Source of the DNA: Actinomycetota bacterium
GTDB lineage: Bacteria > Actinomycetota > Geothermincolia > Fen-727 > Anoxymicrobiaceae
Direction: 5' to 3'
NCBI GenBank assembly: GCA_020062425.1
Contig: JAGUWJ010000070.1
Span: 1-57,520, forward strand
Length of the DNA stretch: 57,520 nt
In this document: piece after piece, positions 1 to 9,421 of the stretch
How positions within the stretch are numbered: the stretch's first letter is position 1
Layout: every line of letters starts with the position of its first letter
Notes under the pieces: generated by a model
The model's database searches: none
Told to the model about the DNA's origin: nothing
What the model saw: the letters and a program-made list of their open reading frames with translations, nothing else
Position numbers and translations under genes: made by a program

Positions 1-225
1 ATGCGGCCCGGGGACCGGTTCGTAAAGCGGCATCCCGATCAACGTGCTAGGATTGGCTTGGGCAAGCGGTTTGTTGGGTTATGGCCGATGCTCTAAAACG
101 GAAGCTCAAAGACCAGTGCCGTCAAATGGCTTGATAAAGGCAAAAAGAGCGCCAGACCGCTGGAATGCATACAATGAATATGTATAATAGCGTATAAATA
201 AAGGGAGGCGGTCTTGTAAGAGGAA

Positions 226-1068
226 GTGGAGATGCGCGGATTCCGCATGGGTGAGCTCGAACGGCGTTCAGGCACCGCAAAGCAGCTCATCCATTACTAC
301 ATCAGGAAGGGTTATCTGCCTCCACCGGTTTTCAAGCAGGGCAACCAGGCCCTTTACGACGAGACCCACCTGGAATTCCTTTTATTCCTGCGGGCAAACA
401 GGGAAAAGGGTCTGCCTCTTTCCTACTCGGTAGAACTCTGGGAAGGCGCCCGCAGCGCAAGTGGCGGCGAGACCCGCGGCTCTAGGCGCACCGGGGACGA
501 CCTTCCTACCAGGGACCAGATAATCGAGGCCGGCACGAGGGTCTTCCTGCAGAACGGTTATCGAGGGACCACCATCTCCGAGGTTGTGGGGAGAGTGGGA
601 ATCTCCAAGGCGTCCTTTTATTACTACTTTGAAAACAAGAAAGACCTCTTCTTCATCTGCCTCGAGAACATATTCAAGACCCGTTTCGTAGGGGCGCTGG
701 ACGAGATCAAGAAAGAGAAGGACCAGACAAGGCGGCTGCAGAGACGCTGGAACGCAACCCGGCCTTTCTTCCCCGAGATGATAACCATACTGCAGTTGAT
801 AAAGGAATCGCTGCGGGACGAGGACGAGGAGCACCGGGTAAAGGCGGCCGCCATCCTGCGAAAATCATTGATCGAGCCCCTGGAAGGGGACCTGGAGAAG
901 GGGATAAATGGTGGCATCTTCCGCCGGGTGGAGCCCGAGATCATACCGTTCGCTTTGATCTCGGTGCTGGAGACGTTCGCCTACCGCTCCATGATCGACG
1001 ACCGCTTGAGCGATAACGACGTAGAACGGGCGATACTGGATTTCATCCTTTACGGTCTGCTGGAATAG
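226..1068 (+). CDS. MerR-HTH / TetR-family fusion transcriptional regulator
   Basis: N-terminal MerR-type HTH (MGELERRSGTAKQLIHYYIRKGYLPPP) followed by a TetR HTH (TRDQIIEAGTRVFLQNGYRGTTISEV...GISKASFYYYFENKKDLF) and a TetR-like C-terminal domain; start could be ATG 232; TATAAT at 183-188. Confidence 0.85.
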   Translation: MEMRGFRMGELERRSGTAKQLIHYYIRKGYLPPPVFKQGNQALYDETHLEFLLFLRANREKGLPLSYSVELWEGARSASGGETRGSRRTGDDLPTRDQIIEAGTRVFLQNGYRGTTISEVVGRVGISKASFYYYFENKKDLFFICLENIFKTRFVGALDEIKKEKDQTRRLQRRWNATRPFFPEMITILQLIKESLRDEDEEHRVKAAAILRKSLIEPLEGDLEKGINGGIFRRVEPEIIPFALISVLETFAYRSMIDDRLSDNDVERAILDFILYGLLE

Positions 1069-1131
1069 CCCCCGTGCGCACGGAGAGTTGAGACGCACCC
1101 TCCAACCGCATTCCACGGTCTTCGTCTCTGG

Positions 1132-1329
1132 CTAAGACCATGTCTTGGGTATCTTCCTGTCCTCTATCTCCTTGTTTACCTTGGTGAGAATGGCGTAACG
1201 GAACCCTGGTACGCCGTCATCCTTTGCACGCTTGGCGACCAGCTCCTCCAGATTGCCGGTATAGGGTTCCTTTTCCAGGGTGCCTATTATCGCTGACACC
1301 GCATCATCGATGATCTTGTTTGCTTCCAT
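1132..1329 (-). CDS. small hypothetical protein (65 aa)
   Basis: ATG preceded by purine-rich GGGAAGG; protein-like composition; fills the gap between flanking genes. Confidence 0.55.
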   Translation of the reverse strand: MEANKIIDDAVSAIIGTLEKEPYTGNLEELVAKRAKDDGVPGFRYAILTKVNKEIEDRKIPKTWS

Positions 1330-1582
1330 GACAACCTTCCCTTTCCGGGAGCTTTTCGCCTGCGCCGGTATGCATATTTCCGGGCGTTAGCATTTTCGCT
1401 TTTCGTGCCTTGTAATAAGTATACATCGCACATGTTGAGGAGGACTCCCGCACAACACTGGCGCTTGCCGATTTGATTAAAGGAAGCTAAACAGGTAATA
1501 TGTACAACTGCCATACATTGAGAAGCTCACGCATTCCTCAAGCAGAATTCTTCAGGACGGCCTGACCCAATCATGATCTGGT

Positions 1583-2137
1583 TTGCGACAATGTAGTACG
1601 CTTGTGCGAAAGGACGGTAATATCAGCTTGAATAGTGGTTACGATCGGACCCTGACCAGGCGAAACAGGGACATAGTACGCGCTTTCAACCTCTACAAGC
1701 AGGGGTCGAAATGCCGGCTGTGCGGGGAAAGCCACCCGGCGTGCCTGATGTTCTTTGACACGAAAACGGACACCAAAGTCTCTATAACCTACGCGAGGCG
1801 CCACTGGCGCGACGGCGACTATGCTTTCGAGATGCTGCGGCGGTGCGAGTGTTACTGCAGCAACTGCTTCGCCAAGAAATATGAGCGCCCGGAGCAGGAC
1901 GCGCGCGGTTTCAGGGCATGGATAGGGAACTACAAGCGCGAACGTGGATGCGTTAAATGTGATGAGGACGACCCGGTCTGCCTGGAGTTTCACCACATAG
2001 ACCCCTCGGAGAAAGAGATCAACATCGCACAGTGCACCTCGAGACGGTCGGCTCTGAGGGAGATGGAGAAGTGCGAGATCCTCTGCCTCAAGTGCCACGA
2101 CGCGCTCCACTGGGAAGAAGAGAAGCTCATCAATTAG
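1583..2137 (+). CDS. tandem zinc-finger HNH endonuclease-like protein
   Basis: C-terminal unit CVKC...CLEFHHIDPSEK...CEILCLKCH matches the phage-type CxxC-HNH-CxxC pattern; N-terminal unit CRLC...CLMFFD...CECYCSNCF is a degenerate copy; true start may be TTG 1628. Confidence 0.7.
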   Translation: MRQCSTLVRKDGNISLNSGYDRTLTRRNRDIVRAFNLYKQGSKCRLCGESHPACLMFFDTKTDTKVSITYARRHWRDGDYAFEMLRRCECYCSNCFAKKYERPEQDARGFRAWIGNYKRERGCVKCDEDDPVCLEFHHIDPSEKEINIAQCTSRRSALREMEKCEILCLKCHDALHWEEEKLIN

Positions 2138-2190
2138 GCTGCCACTAAAGCAGCCTCTCCCCCACAGCTAACGATCACGGCCGGAACAAT

Positions 2191-3423
2191 TCACAGCTCG
2201 GCAAACGGCAGAGCCGTTACTCCTTCGCTGAGCGGCAGTCGTACATCCCCGGGGTGTACCACGTAGCCCGGCATCGCAAGACCCGAAAGGTCCTCCCTGA
2301 ACCTCTTGATCGACCCCGCCATCGCAGGGCTGGGCGTTGCGGAGAGCTTGACTTCAATCGGGACGAGCCCACCTTCAGACTGGAGAATGAGGTCTACCTC
2401 GGAACCGGCCGAAGTCCTCCAGAAGAAGACCTGCGGATCGATTCCCTGATGCGTGAGCGTCTTCACGACTTCCGAGACCACCGCGGTCTCCATAATCGCT
2501 CCACCCATGGGACCAGAGACTGCATGTTCCGGATCTTTCAAACCGGTCAGGTAGCAAAGCGTGCCGGTGTCTGTGAAGTACACCTTCGGCGTCTTGACCA
2601 GCCTCTTCCCTATGTTCGTGAAGTACGGCCTCAAAATGATGACCTGGTATGTCGCCTCGAGCACGGAAAGCCATGCCTTGATCGTATTTACCGCGACGCC
2701 GAGGTCTCCTGCAAGCGCTGTCAGGTCCAGAAGTTGAGCGGACCTCGCAGCAAGTGCTCTGAGGAAGCTCTGAAACTGAGTAAGGTTACCGACCTGCCGG
2801 ATCGTGCGTACGTCCCGCTCCAGATATGTCTCTACGTAGCTCGAATACCAGAGGTTTGTGTCGCGCCTGGGGTTTGCCACAAGCTCTGGATAATTTCCTC
2901 TAAGGAAGCGGCGCCACATATCCCGGGAGGATAGCTTCTCTCCTTTGCGGCTGCGCCCGGCCTGTTCCCAGAACAGATTGACCTGGGGGTGTCCCTCTTC
3001 CTCACGTCGCGACAGCGGGAGCAGTCGCAGTACCGCGGCCCGGCCGGCAAGGGATTCGGTTACCTTCTCGGCGAGGAGCAAGTTCTGCGACCCTGTGAGC
3101 AGGTACTGCCCCGGGATGTCGCGGCGAGAGTCGATCCTTTCCTTCACGTAAGGAATAATTCCCGGTGCGTACTGCACCTCGTCGAAGATCACAGGCGGTT
3201 CGAACGCGTCGAGAAAGCCCCGCGGGTCGTCCAAAGCTGCCGCGCGGGCGTCGGGCGGCTCCAATGAAACATATCGGTAGTCTTCTGCAAATAGATACTG
3301 CAGGAGTGTGGTCTTCCCAGACTGACGGGGGCCGGTCAACATGACCGCAGGGAACTCTGATGCCGCCTTTAGCGCCACTTTCTCCAGCGATCTCTTAATG
3401 TATTTGCGCGGAGCCGTATCCAT
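2191..3423 (-). CDS. AAA+ ATP-binding protein with DUF4143 domain (AAA_14 family)
   Basis: Walker A GPRQSGKT, Walker B IFDEVQ, LLTGSQ, KTPKVYFTDTG and a C-terminal EVDLI...IEVK PD-(D/E)xK-like motif. Confidence 0.92.
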   Translation of the reverse strand: MDTAPRKYIKRSLEKVALKAASEFPAVMLTGPRQSGKTTLLQYLFAEDYRYVSLEPPDARAAALDDPRGFLDAFEPPVIFDEVQYAPGIIPYVKERIDSRRDIPGQYLLTGSQNLLLAEKVTESLAGRAAVLRLLPLSRREEEGHPQVNLFWEQAGRSRKGEKLSSRDMWRRFLRGNYPELVANPRRDTNLWYSSYVETYLERDVRTIRQVGNLTQFQSFLRALAARSAQLLDLTALAGDLGVAVNTIKAWLSVLEATYQVIILRPYFTNIGKRLVKTPKVYFTDTGTLCYLTGLKDPEHAVSGPMGGAIMETAVVSEVVKTLTHQGIDPQVFFWRTSAGSEVDLILQSEGGLVPIEVKLSATPSPAMAGSIKRFREDLSGLAMPGYVVHPGDVRLPLSEGVTALPFAEL

Positions 3424-3428
3424 GACTA

Positions 3429-3463
3429 CTTGTAATTATGCATTTAAAATGCAAAATTGCAAG
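3429..3463. promoter_or_regulatory. palindromic operator overlapping the probable promoter of the AAA-DUF4143 gene
   Basis: CTTGTAATTATGCATTT-A-AAATGCAAAATTGCAAG is an imperfect inverted repeat; the minus strand reads TTGCAA-16-CATAAT shortly before the ATG. Confidence 0.6.
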
Positions 3464-3657
3464 GGAGTTGGCACGAAGCTCCCCCACTTCCAGGGAGACC
3501 CCTGTGAGATCCCCAACGCCTACGAAATCCATTCCAGTCTCTGTCTCCGGTATCGACACATCATTGTTGTATACCGGGGCCGACAACGACGCAAGCCGCA
3601 CATAGACCCTATATAATACAGAGGCCGTTTCTTGCTCAACCATCGGAGGGTCAAGCG

Positions 3658-4626
3658 ATGGAAGAAACTAAGAAACTCACGGTCGCGGCGGTGCAGATGG
3701 TCTCGGAGAACGGTGATATCGAGGGCAACCTCGAGCGGGCGACCGGTCACGTGGAAGAGGCGGCACGCCGGGGCGCCGCGCTCATAGTCATGCCCGAGTT
3801 CATGCCCACCGGCTACGTCTTCACCAAAGAGATCTGGGACGCCGCGGAGCCCGCCGAGGGGCCCACGGTCAGGTGGCTTCGGATGAACTCCCGCGCGCAC
3901 GGCGTCTGGCTGGGCACCTCGTTCCTGGAGGCCGAAGGCGAGGACTTCTTCAACACTTTCCTTGTAACAAACCCGGACGGAGATATAGACGGGCGAGTAC
4001 GTAAACAGACCCCCGCCGCGTTCGAGGCTTACTTCACCAGGGGTGAACCAGGGCCTCACGTCATCGACACGGCGCTGGGAAGGCTCGGGGTGGGCATCTG
4101 CTACGAGAACATGCTTGCGTACACGCCGGAGCTCATGAGCTCGCGGTCGGTGGACATGCTTCTCATGCCCCACTCCGCCCCCACCCCCACGGTCAGCCCC
4201 ATCTTCCCGGCATCCGCTGCCCGGATGTTCAACGAATTCCTGGGGAACGTGGCCTCCTACTACGCCTCGATGCTCGGCGTGCCGGCCGTCTTCGTGAATA
4301 AGTCCGGGCCCTGGGTTACGCCGCTTCCGTTTCTGCCGGCGTTCCTCACTCAGAGGTCAAGCTTCCCGGGCCTCTCTGCAATCGCGGACTCCGACGGGAA
4401 GGTCAAAGCCCAACTGGGAGATCGGGAAGGCGTCATAGTCGAAGAGGTGGCACTCGACCCTGCGCGCAAGACCGGGGCCTGCCCGCCGTGCCACGGCCGG
4501 TGGGTGCGAAAGGTGCCGCTCGCCATCAACCAGTGGCGCCTGGTGGAAACGCTCGGCGCCGTTTACTACCGGCTGAGCGGAGAGCGAAAGCGCAGAGCCG
4601 CGGAGATGTCCCGGTCCGCAGCGTAG
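3658..4626 (+). CDS. carbon-nitrogen hydrolase (nitrilase/amidase superfamily)
   Basis: VAAVQM...MPE, VRKQ and GICYE supply the Glu-Lys-Cys triad; GGAGGG RBS. Confidence 0.9.
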   Translation: MEETKKLTVAAVQMVSENGDIEGNLERATGHVEEAARRGAALIVMPEFMPTGYVFTKEIWDAAEPAEGPTVRWLRMNSRAHGVWLGTSFLEAEGEDFFNTFLVTNPDGDIDGRVRKQTPAAFEAYFTRGEPGPHVIDTALGRLGVGICYENMLAYTPELMSSRSVDMLLMPHSAPTPTVSPIFPASAARMFNEFLGNVASYYASMLGVPAVFVNKSGPWVTPLPFLPAFLTQRSSFPGLSAIADSDGKVKAQLGDREGVIVEEVALDPARKTGACPPCHGRWVRKVPLAINQWRLVETLGAVYYRLSGERKRRAAEMSRSAA

Positions 4627-4689
4627 TCAGTGCAGGCAGTTATAGGCAGTCGTCGCTCGACACACGACCTCTTATGGGAGGGGACCATC

Positions 4690-4959
4690 ATGGCAAGGAC
4701 GTCCGAGGAGCTGCCGGGTGTAGAGTGGGTTGAGGGTGCAGGCCAATTCGTCACCATCGATGAGGCGAAATGCACCGCGTGCGCGAACTGTGTACGGGTC
4801 TGCCTGGGCGGGTGTTATGAGCTCGCCGGGAAGAAGGCACGAATAAAGAGCCTCGATAACTGCCTGGAGTGCGGCGCCTGCTGGTACGTCTGCACGGACG
4901 GCGCGATTACTTTCTCCTGGCCCCCGGGCGGCACGGGGTTCCGGAGCGATTGGGGTTGA
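4690..4959 (+). CDS. 4Fe-4S dicluster ferredoxin (FixX-like)
   Basis: CTACANCVRVC and CLECGACWYVC motifs; FixX-like ending WPPGGTGFRSDWG; GGGAGGGG RBS before ATG 4690. Confidence 0.88.
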   Translation: MARTSEELPGVEWVEGAGQFVTIDEAKCTACANCVRVCLGGCYELAGKKARIKSLDNCLECGACWYVCTDGAITFSWPPGGTGFRSDWG

Positions 4960-4963
4960 TACC

Positions 4964-6322
4964 ATGGACGCTGAATACGACGTGATAGTCGTGGGCGCGG
5001 GGTTCGGCGGCCCGGTCGCGGCAAAGCGCTGCGCGGACGCCGGCTTGAAGACACTGCTGGTCGAGAGGTCCGGCGTGCCGGGAGAGAAGGTGGTCTCCGG
5101 GCTGGTCATCCCCATCTACGGGTTCCTTTTCGGGCCCGAGTTCATCCGCGACGGCAACCCTCCCATCCAGAGACCCATCTGCTCGGTGGTCAACCGCATC
5201 GTCAAGGACGGCAAGATCTTCTTCACCGATCATACTCTGTGGGTGCCCAAGCCTATTACCGTCGGCTACTCGGCGTACTGCAAGCCGTTCTGTACGTGGC
5301 TCGCCGACAGGGCCGTCGAATCCGGGGCGGAGCTGCGCACTTCCACCACCGCTGTCGATGTCATAATGGACGGTGGCACCATCAAGGGAATCGTCACTGA
5401 CAAGGGGGAGCGGCTCGGCTCAAAGGTGCTCATCGACTCAGGGGGCACGCAGAACCAGCTCTCAATCAAGGCGGGCTTGAGGGAAAAGTTCACACCCGAA
5501 GCCATCGAGCTCTACATGCTGTGGGACTTCGAGATGGACAAAGCAGACGTTGACCGCGTCTTCGGGAACAGCATGGAGTTCTTCCACGCCATGCCCGAGG
5601 AGAAGATAGGCGCTCCGCTGGGTTACGGCTCTACCCTTTACTTCTTCACCTACCGCGAGAGCATCCACCCCGGCCTGGGGCAGTTCCTGGTCACGCGCGG
5701 CGAGACCCCCAACGCCGCGAAACTGCTGCGTGAGTACTTCGACAACTTCACGGGCACCATCGAGCGCTGGAAGCAGGACATCGCCCCGAAGGTGAAGCTC
5801 CGTTCCGTGCTCTGGGACGTCTGCCCCATCTACGCAGGCCTGCTGGAGGAAACGAGGGGAATGCCCATCTACGGGGACGGCATGCTCATCATCGGGGATG
5901 CCGCCGGCTTCGAGGCCTCCGCGTTCGGGGACGGTGTGCCGAACGCCTGGTTCTCGGCGGATATCGCAGCCAGAGTAGCGATCGACGCCGTGAAAAAAGG
6001 AGACAGCTCGAAGGCTGCGCTCAAGGCATACAAGGACGATGTGAAGGCGGACCCCTTCATCACACATACCATCACCGACTTCCGCCGCTGGGACATGCGC
6101 AGGCTGCTGCTGACCAAAGACTACTCCCAGTTCAAGAGGAAGATAAGGGACCACTGGGGCATCGGCGCTTTCCGCTACTCCAACATGGGCGGCCCCTGCC
6201 TGAAAGCGATGGGCCGCATGATGAAGGATGATCCCACCGTGGTCGCAAGCTGGCTCAAGATGTTCACCAGGTACTGGAAGAACTGGGAGAATAACAGTTT
6301 CGACAGGCTCTCCACCGACTGA
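4964..6322 (+). CDS. FAD-dependent oxidoreductase, FixC / geranylgeranyl reductase family
   Basis: YDVIVVGAGFGG FAD motif and IIGDAAG motif; adjacent FixX-like ferredoxin. Confidence 0.85.
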   Translation: MDAEYDVIVVGAGFGGPVAAKRCADAGLKTLLVERSGVPGEKVVSGLVIPIYGFLFGPEFIRDGNPPIQRPICSVVNRIVKDGKIFFTDHTLWVPKPITVGYSAYCKPFCTWLADRAVESGAELRTSTTAVDVIMDGGTIKGIVTDKGERLGSKVLIDSGGTQNQLSIKAGLREKFTPEAIELYMLWDFEMDKADVDRVFGNSMEFFHAMPEEKIGAPLGYGSTLYFFTYRESIHPGLGQFLVTRGETPNAAKLLREYFDNFTGTIERWKQDIAPKVKLRSVLWDVCPIYAGLLEETRGMPIYGDGMLIIGDAAGFEASAFGDGVPNAWFSADIAARVAIDAVKKGDSSKAALKAYKDDVKADPFITHTITDFRRWDMRRLLLTKDYSQFKRKIRDHWGIGAFRYSNMGGPCLKAMGRMMKDDPTVVASWLKMFTRYWKNWENNSFDRLSTD

Positions 6323-6352
6323 AGACCCGTGGCTTTGACCAGGAGGTGCTCC

Positions 6353-6763
6353 ATGGAAGAGAACCCAGTAAGCGACTTCAAGATGAAAGCGTTGAGGTTC
6401 CAGTTCTGGCATACAGCGCTGATGACCATACCGCTCGGCCTGACCATCATCCTCTTCCCGAAGTTCGTGGCGAAGGTGGGGTCCCTGGATGAGCAGGACC
6501 AGGAGGTCTTCGGTATCTGCGGAGCCGTCTGGCTCGCCTTCGGGCTTTTGTCCTTGAAAGGCGCCCGTGATCCCTTGAAGTGGTCCCCACTGCTGGTACT
6601 GCAGTTCACCTACAAGGTCCTCTGGTACACCGCGGTTCTCGGTCTCATGGCCGCTCGGGGAGAGTTCGAGCTGAAGACTGCAAGGACTTTCATGCTCGGG
6701 TTCGCGCCGTTCGTCGCCGCCGACATCGTGGCCGTGCCCTGGAAGTACCTGCTCAAGAAATAG
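6353..6763 (+). CDS. hypothetical four-helix membrane protein
   Basis: AGGAGG RBS before ATG 6353; four hydrophobic segments; DPLKWSPLLVLQFTYKVLW motif. Confidence 0.7.
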   Translation: MEENPVSDFKMKALRFQFWHTALMTIPLGLTIILFPKFVAKVGSLDEQDQEVFGICGAVWLAFGLLSLKGARDPLKWSPLLVLQFTYKVLWYTAVLGLMAARGEFELKTARTFMLGFAPFVAADIVAVPWKYLLKK

Positions 6764-6884
6764 CCGGCACCAGCCGGTGGAGGTCACCCCGATACACAGT
6801 CGTGCAGGAACCGCCCTCCGCAGGTGTAATCATTACCCCGTGTCTATGCAAGGGAACTCGGTCCACTCAAGGAGGTTCAAGCAC

Positions 6885-7181
6885 ATGGGTATCATCGGAT
6901 GGATAATCATCGGAGGCATCGCAGGGTGGCTGGCCTCGATAATAACCGGGACCAACAAGAAGTTCGGCATCTTCTATAACATACTCATCGGCATCGCCGG
7001 CGCCTTCATCGGTGGGCTCATCTTCGGCTACGTGACCGACCCCGACAAGGCCTTCGACTTCGGCATATGGAGCCTGCTGGTCGCCCTCCTCGGGGCAATA
7101 ATACTGCTCCTGGTTCTAAAGCTCATCTTCAAGGACGCCCTATCCGGAGACGAGAAGTTCTCCCTCAGGAAGAAAGACTAG
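6885..7181 (+). CDS. GlsB/YeaQ/YmgE family (transglycosylase-associated) membrane protein
   Basis: MGIIGWIIIGGIAGWLASII...NILIGIAGAFIGG...SLLVALLGAIILL pattern; AAGGAGG RBS. Confidence 0.9.
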   Translation: MGIIGWIIIGGIAGWLASIITGTNKKFGIFYNILIGIAGAFIGGLIFGYVTDPDKAFDFGIWSLLVALLGAIILLLVLKLIFKDALSGDEKFSLRKKD

Positions 7182-7198
7182 AGCAGGCGCTGAGTCGA

Positions 7199-9421
7199 TC
7201 AGCCCTTCGGGCACATCCTGCGGTACTTCCCGGCGAGCCAGTCGGCGATGCCGCTCGTGTACCACTTTGAGAAGCGCCGGTCCGAGGGCCCGCCGGCCAT
7301 GGCCGAGTAGATGCACTCTTCCGCGAAGTCGGTCACGAATTTGTATGTGGGGCTGTAAGTGCTCAGACGTCCCTGGGTCTGGAATATCTGCCCCTGGGGG
7401 ATGGTGGCACGGCCCCCGATGATAACCACCGGGCCGTAGTCGAAGCCCAGCCATTTGGGGAACCTGCCCGCGAACATGATGTTGTTCATCATCACCTGCC
7501 GCGTCTCGCCCCACGGCTTTGCCTCCGTCGCCAGCCCGCGCTCAATGGCCACACTTAGCAACTCGTCACGGCTCTTGCCGCCGAACCAGGTCGACTCCTC
7601 GCGCAGCATCACACCGTCGAAGCTCGCGGTGAAGTCGGCGAAGATTATCACCTCGTCCATCAGGCAGGTCATGACCTCGCTCCCCAGCGACTGTTCCCCG
7701 AAGACGATGCGGGCCATCTCGAGGTAGATGTTCTCGAAAATGGTCGCCCCCACCGAGTCGGGAGCGTAGCGCAGGTCCCAGGCCTTGAGCGCGTCGGCAC
7801 GCGCGTTCCCCCCGGGCAGGATGGGCTTGATGATGGGCATCCATTCGCGCGCCTGCACCGAGTAGGTATCGTAGTGCATCTTCTGCATGGACTCCGGCGT
7901 GTGGTCGCTGCGCGTGGCCAGAAGTTCCTCCACGTAGCGGGCGCGCCAGTTGTTCTGGGGCAGGTTGCAGACCTGTACGTCCGCGCAGAAGTTCATATCC
8001 TGGTTTGAGGTGTTAATAAACCCCTCCGGCGGGTTATATAGGTGTGGGTTCTTCTCCACCGGGTGGGTTCCCTTCCAATCGAAGGCGGGGTCCCAGCCGG
8101 GCATGGGCAGCATGCCGCTCGAACCCTCGGCGCGCACAGGTGACAACCCGCTCTGGTAGTAACCGATGTTTCCCTCGGCGTCGGCGCAGACCCAGTTCTG
8201 CGAACCGAAGTCGAGCGCGGCGAGGTGAGGCAGGGCCTCCTCGACCGTGTGCGCCATCATGAACTCCAGGCCGTGGTTGATGGTTCCCGCCCCGCGGCCG
8301 CGGCCCATGGAAAACGCCATGCAGAGGTAATAGCCGTCCTCCGACGGGTCGCCGTCCAGCACCCCGTGCTCGTTCTCGTAGAAGTGCACCTTGCGGGGCT
8401 CGCCTTTCTTGAGCCCAATGGTCTCTTCCCTCACCTGGAAGTCGTGCCACTCATCCCCGCGTCGGTAGCGCCCGTCCCGCACTTCCTCTACGAAGAAATC
8501 GACCACGTCCATGTAGCCGTAGGTGGGCGACCAGGCGATGTGGTTGGTGCGCCCCAGCGGCGCGAGCGGCACGCCGGGCACGGTGGACCCGGCGAACCAG
8601 AAGGGTTGCGGGTCCTCGCAGCGCACCATCACCTCCTGCCAGATGGCGGGAAGGCGCGCGCTGTCAAGGTGTGGGTCGCCGCACAGTATCGGCTTGCCGG
8701 ACGCGCTCCTCTCCCCCGACACCGCCCAGTTGTTGCTGGCGGTCATGCGCGGGAGCGCGCTCCAGGCCTTCGTCTCGGGCACGATGGGCTCGTTCAGCTT
8801 CACCTGCATCAGGATGTCCAGGAACTCGGCGTCCGGCCGGTCGGTGAGGTAAGGGAACATCTCGCGGAGCATCTCCAGGCTCACACCGTGCTGCAGCATC
8901 TGCACGATGAGCTTCTCAGCCCAGCCCTGGGTCTCGGTCAGGTCCACCAGCCCGATAAGCTTGGGCATCATGATGCAGTCAGCCGGGGTATAAGGCGCAG
9001 GGCGGTGGAAGATTAGCTTGAACTCGAACGGACGCTTGCCCTGGGTGACCTCGTTGACCCCCTTACAGTAGGCCTCACAAGTCTTTAGTGCTTCGGGCGT
9101 GAGCTTACCCACCTGCCCAACCGCGTCGCCCCACATGTTCCAGCGGCGCATGCCGATGTCGGTCGCGATGAGCTCTTCGGATGCCTCGAGGTGCTCGGCG
9201 GCCTTGCCCTTGGCGATGAGCCGGGTGAGCTCGAGCTCGACCCCGCGGTCGAACGCGTGCACCCACCCCAGACCGTAGAAGATGTCGATGAACTTCTCAG
9301 GTTGTACGAGCGGGACGCCGTACTCGTTGCGGCTCAGGCGAACTTTGCCCTCGGTGCCCTGGATGGTTATCGGCCTGTCTTTGAGCTTCTCCACGGTAGC
9401 CTCCTTGAGAGCCTCGATCAC
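7199..9421 (-). CDS. penicillin acylase family Ntn-hydrolase
   Basis: YGLGWVHAFDR, SNNWAVSG (N-terminal nucleophile Ser of the beta chain), KPILCGDPHL; no obvious signal peptide. Confidence 0.92.
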   Translation of the reverse strand: MIEALKEATVEKLKDRPITIQGTEGKVRLSRNEYGVPLVQPEKFIDIFYGLGWVHAFDRGVELELTRLIAKGKAAEHLEASEELIATDIGMRRWNMWGDAVGQVGKLTPEALKTCEAYCKGVNEVTQGKRPFEFKLIFHRPAPYTPADCIMMPKLIGLVDLTETQGWAEKLIVQMLQHGVSLEMLREMFPYLTDRPDAEFLDILMQVKLNEPIVPETKAWSALPRMTASNNWAVSGERSASGKPILCGDPHLDSARLPAIWQEVMVRCEDPQPFWFAGSTVPGVPLAPLGRTNHIAWSPTYGYMDVVDFFVEEVRDGRYRRGDEWHDFQVREETIGLKKGEPRKVHFYENEHGVLDGDPSEDGYYLCMAFSMGRGRGAGTINHGLEFMMAHTVEEALPHLAALDFGSQNWVCADAEGNIGYYQSGLSPVRAEGSSGMLPMPGWDPAFDWKGTHPVEKNPHLYNPPEGFINTSNQDMNFCADVQVCNLPQNNWRARYVEELLATRSDHTPESMQKMHYDTYSVQAREWMPIIKPILPGGNARADALKAWDLRYAPDSVGATIFENIYLEMARIVFGEQSLGSEVMTCLMDEVIIFADFTASFDGVMLREESTWFGGKSRDELLSVAIERGLATEAKPWGETRQVMMNNIMFAGRFPKWLGFDYGPVVIIGGRATIPQGQIFQTQGRLSTYSPTYKFVTDFAEECIYSAMAGGPSDRRFSKWYTSGIADWLAGKYRRMCPKG

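Noticed and set aside
1330-1582. c-di-GMP-type riboswitch in the intergenic region
   Set aside because: Only fragmentary resemblance (GAAAAGCTCCCGG on the minus strand); required stems and spacing are absent
1132-3423. Prophage or integrative element around the HNH and ATPase genes
   Set aside because: No integrase, transposase, structural genes, att repeats or tRNA target visible
7199-9421. Penicillin acylase as an antibiotic-resistance gene
   Set aside because: The family name does not imply substrate; Ntn acylases act on diverse acyl amides
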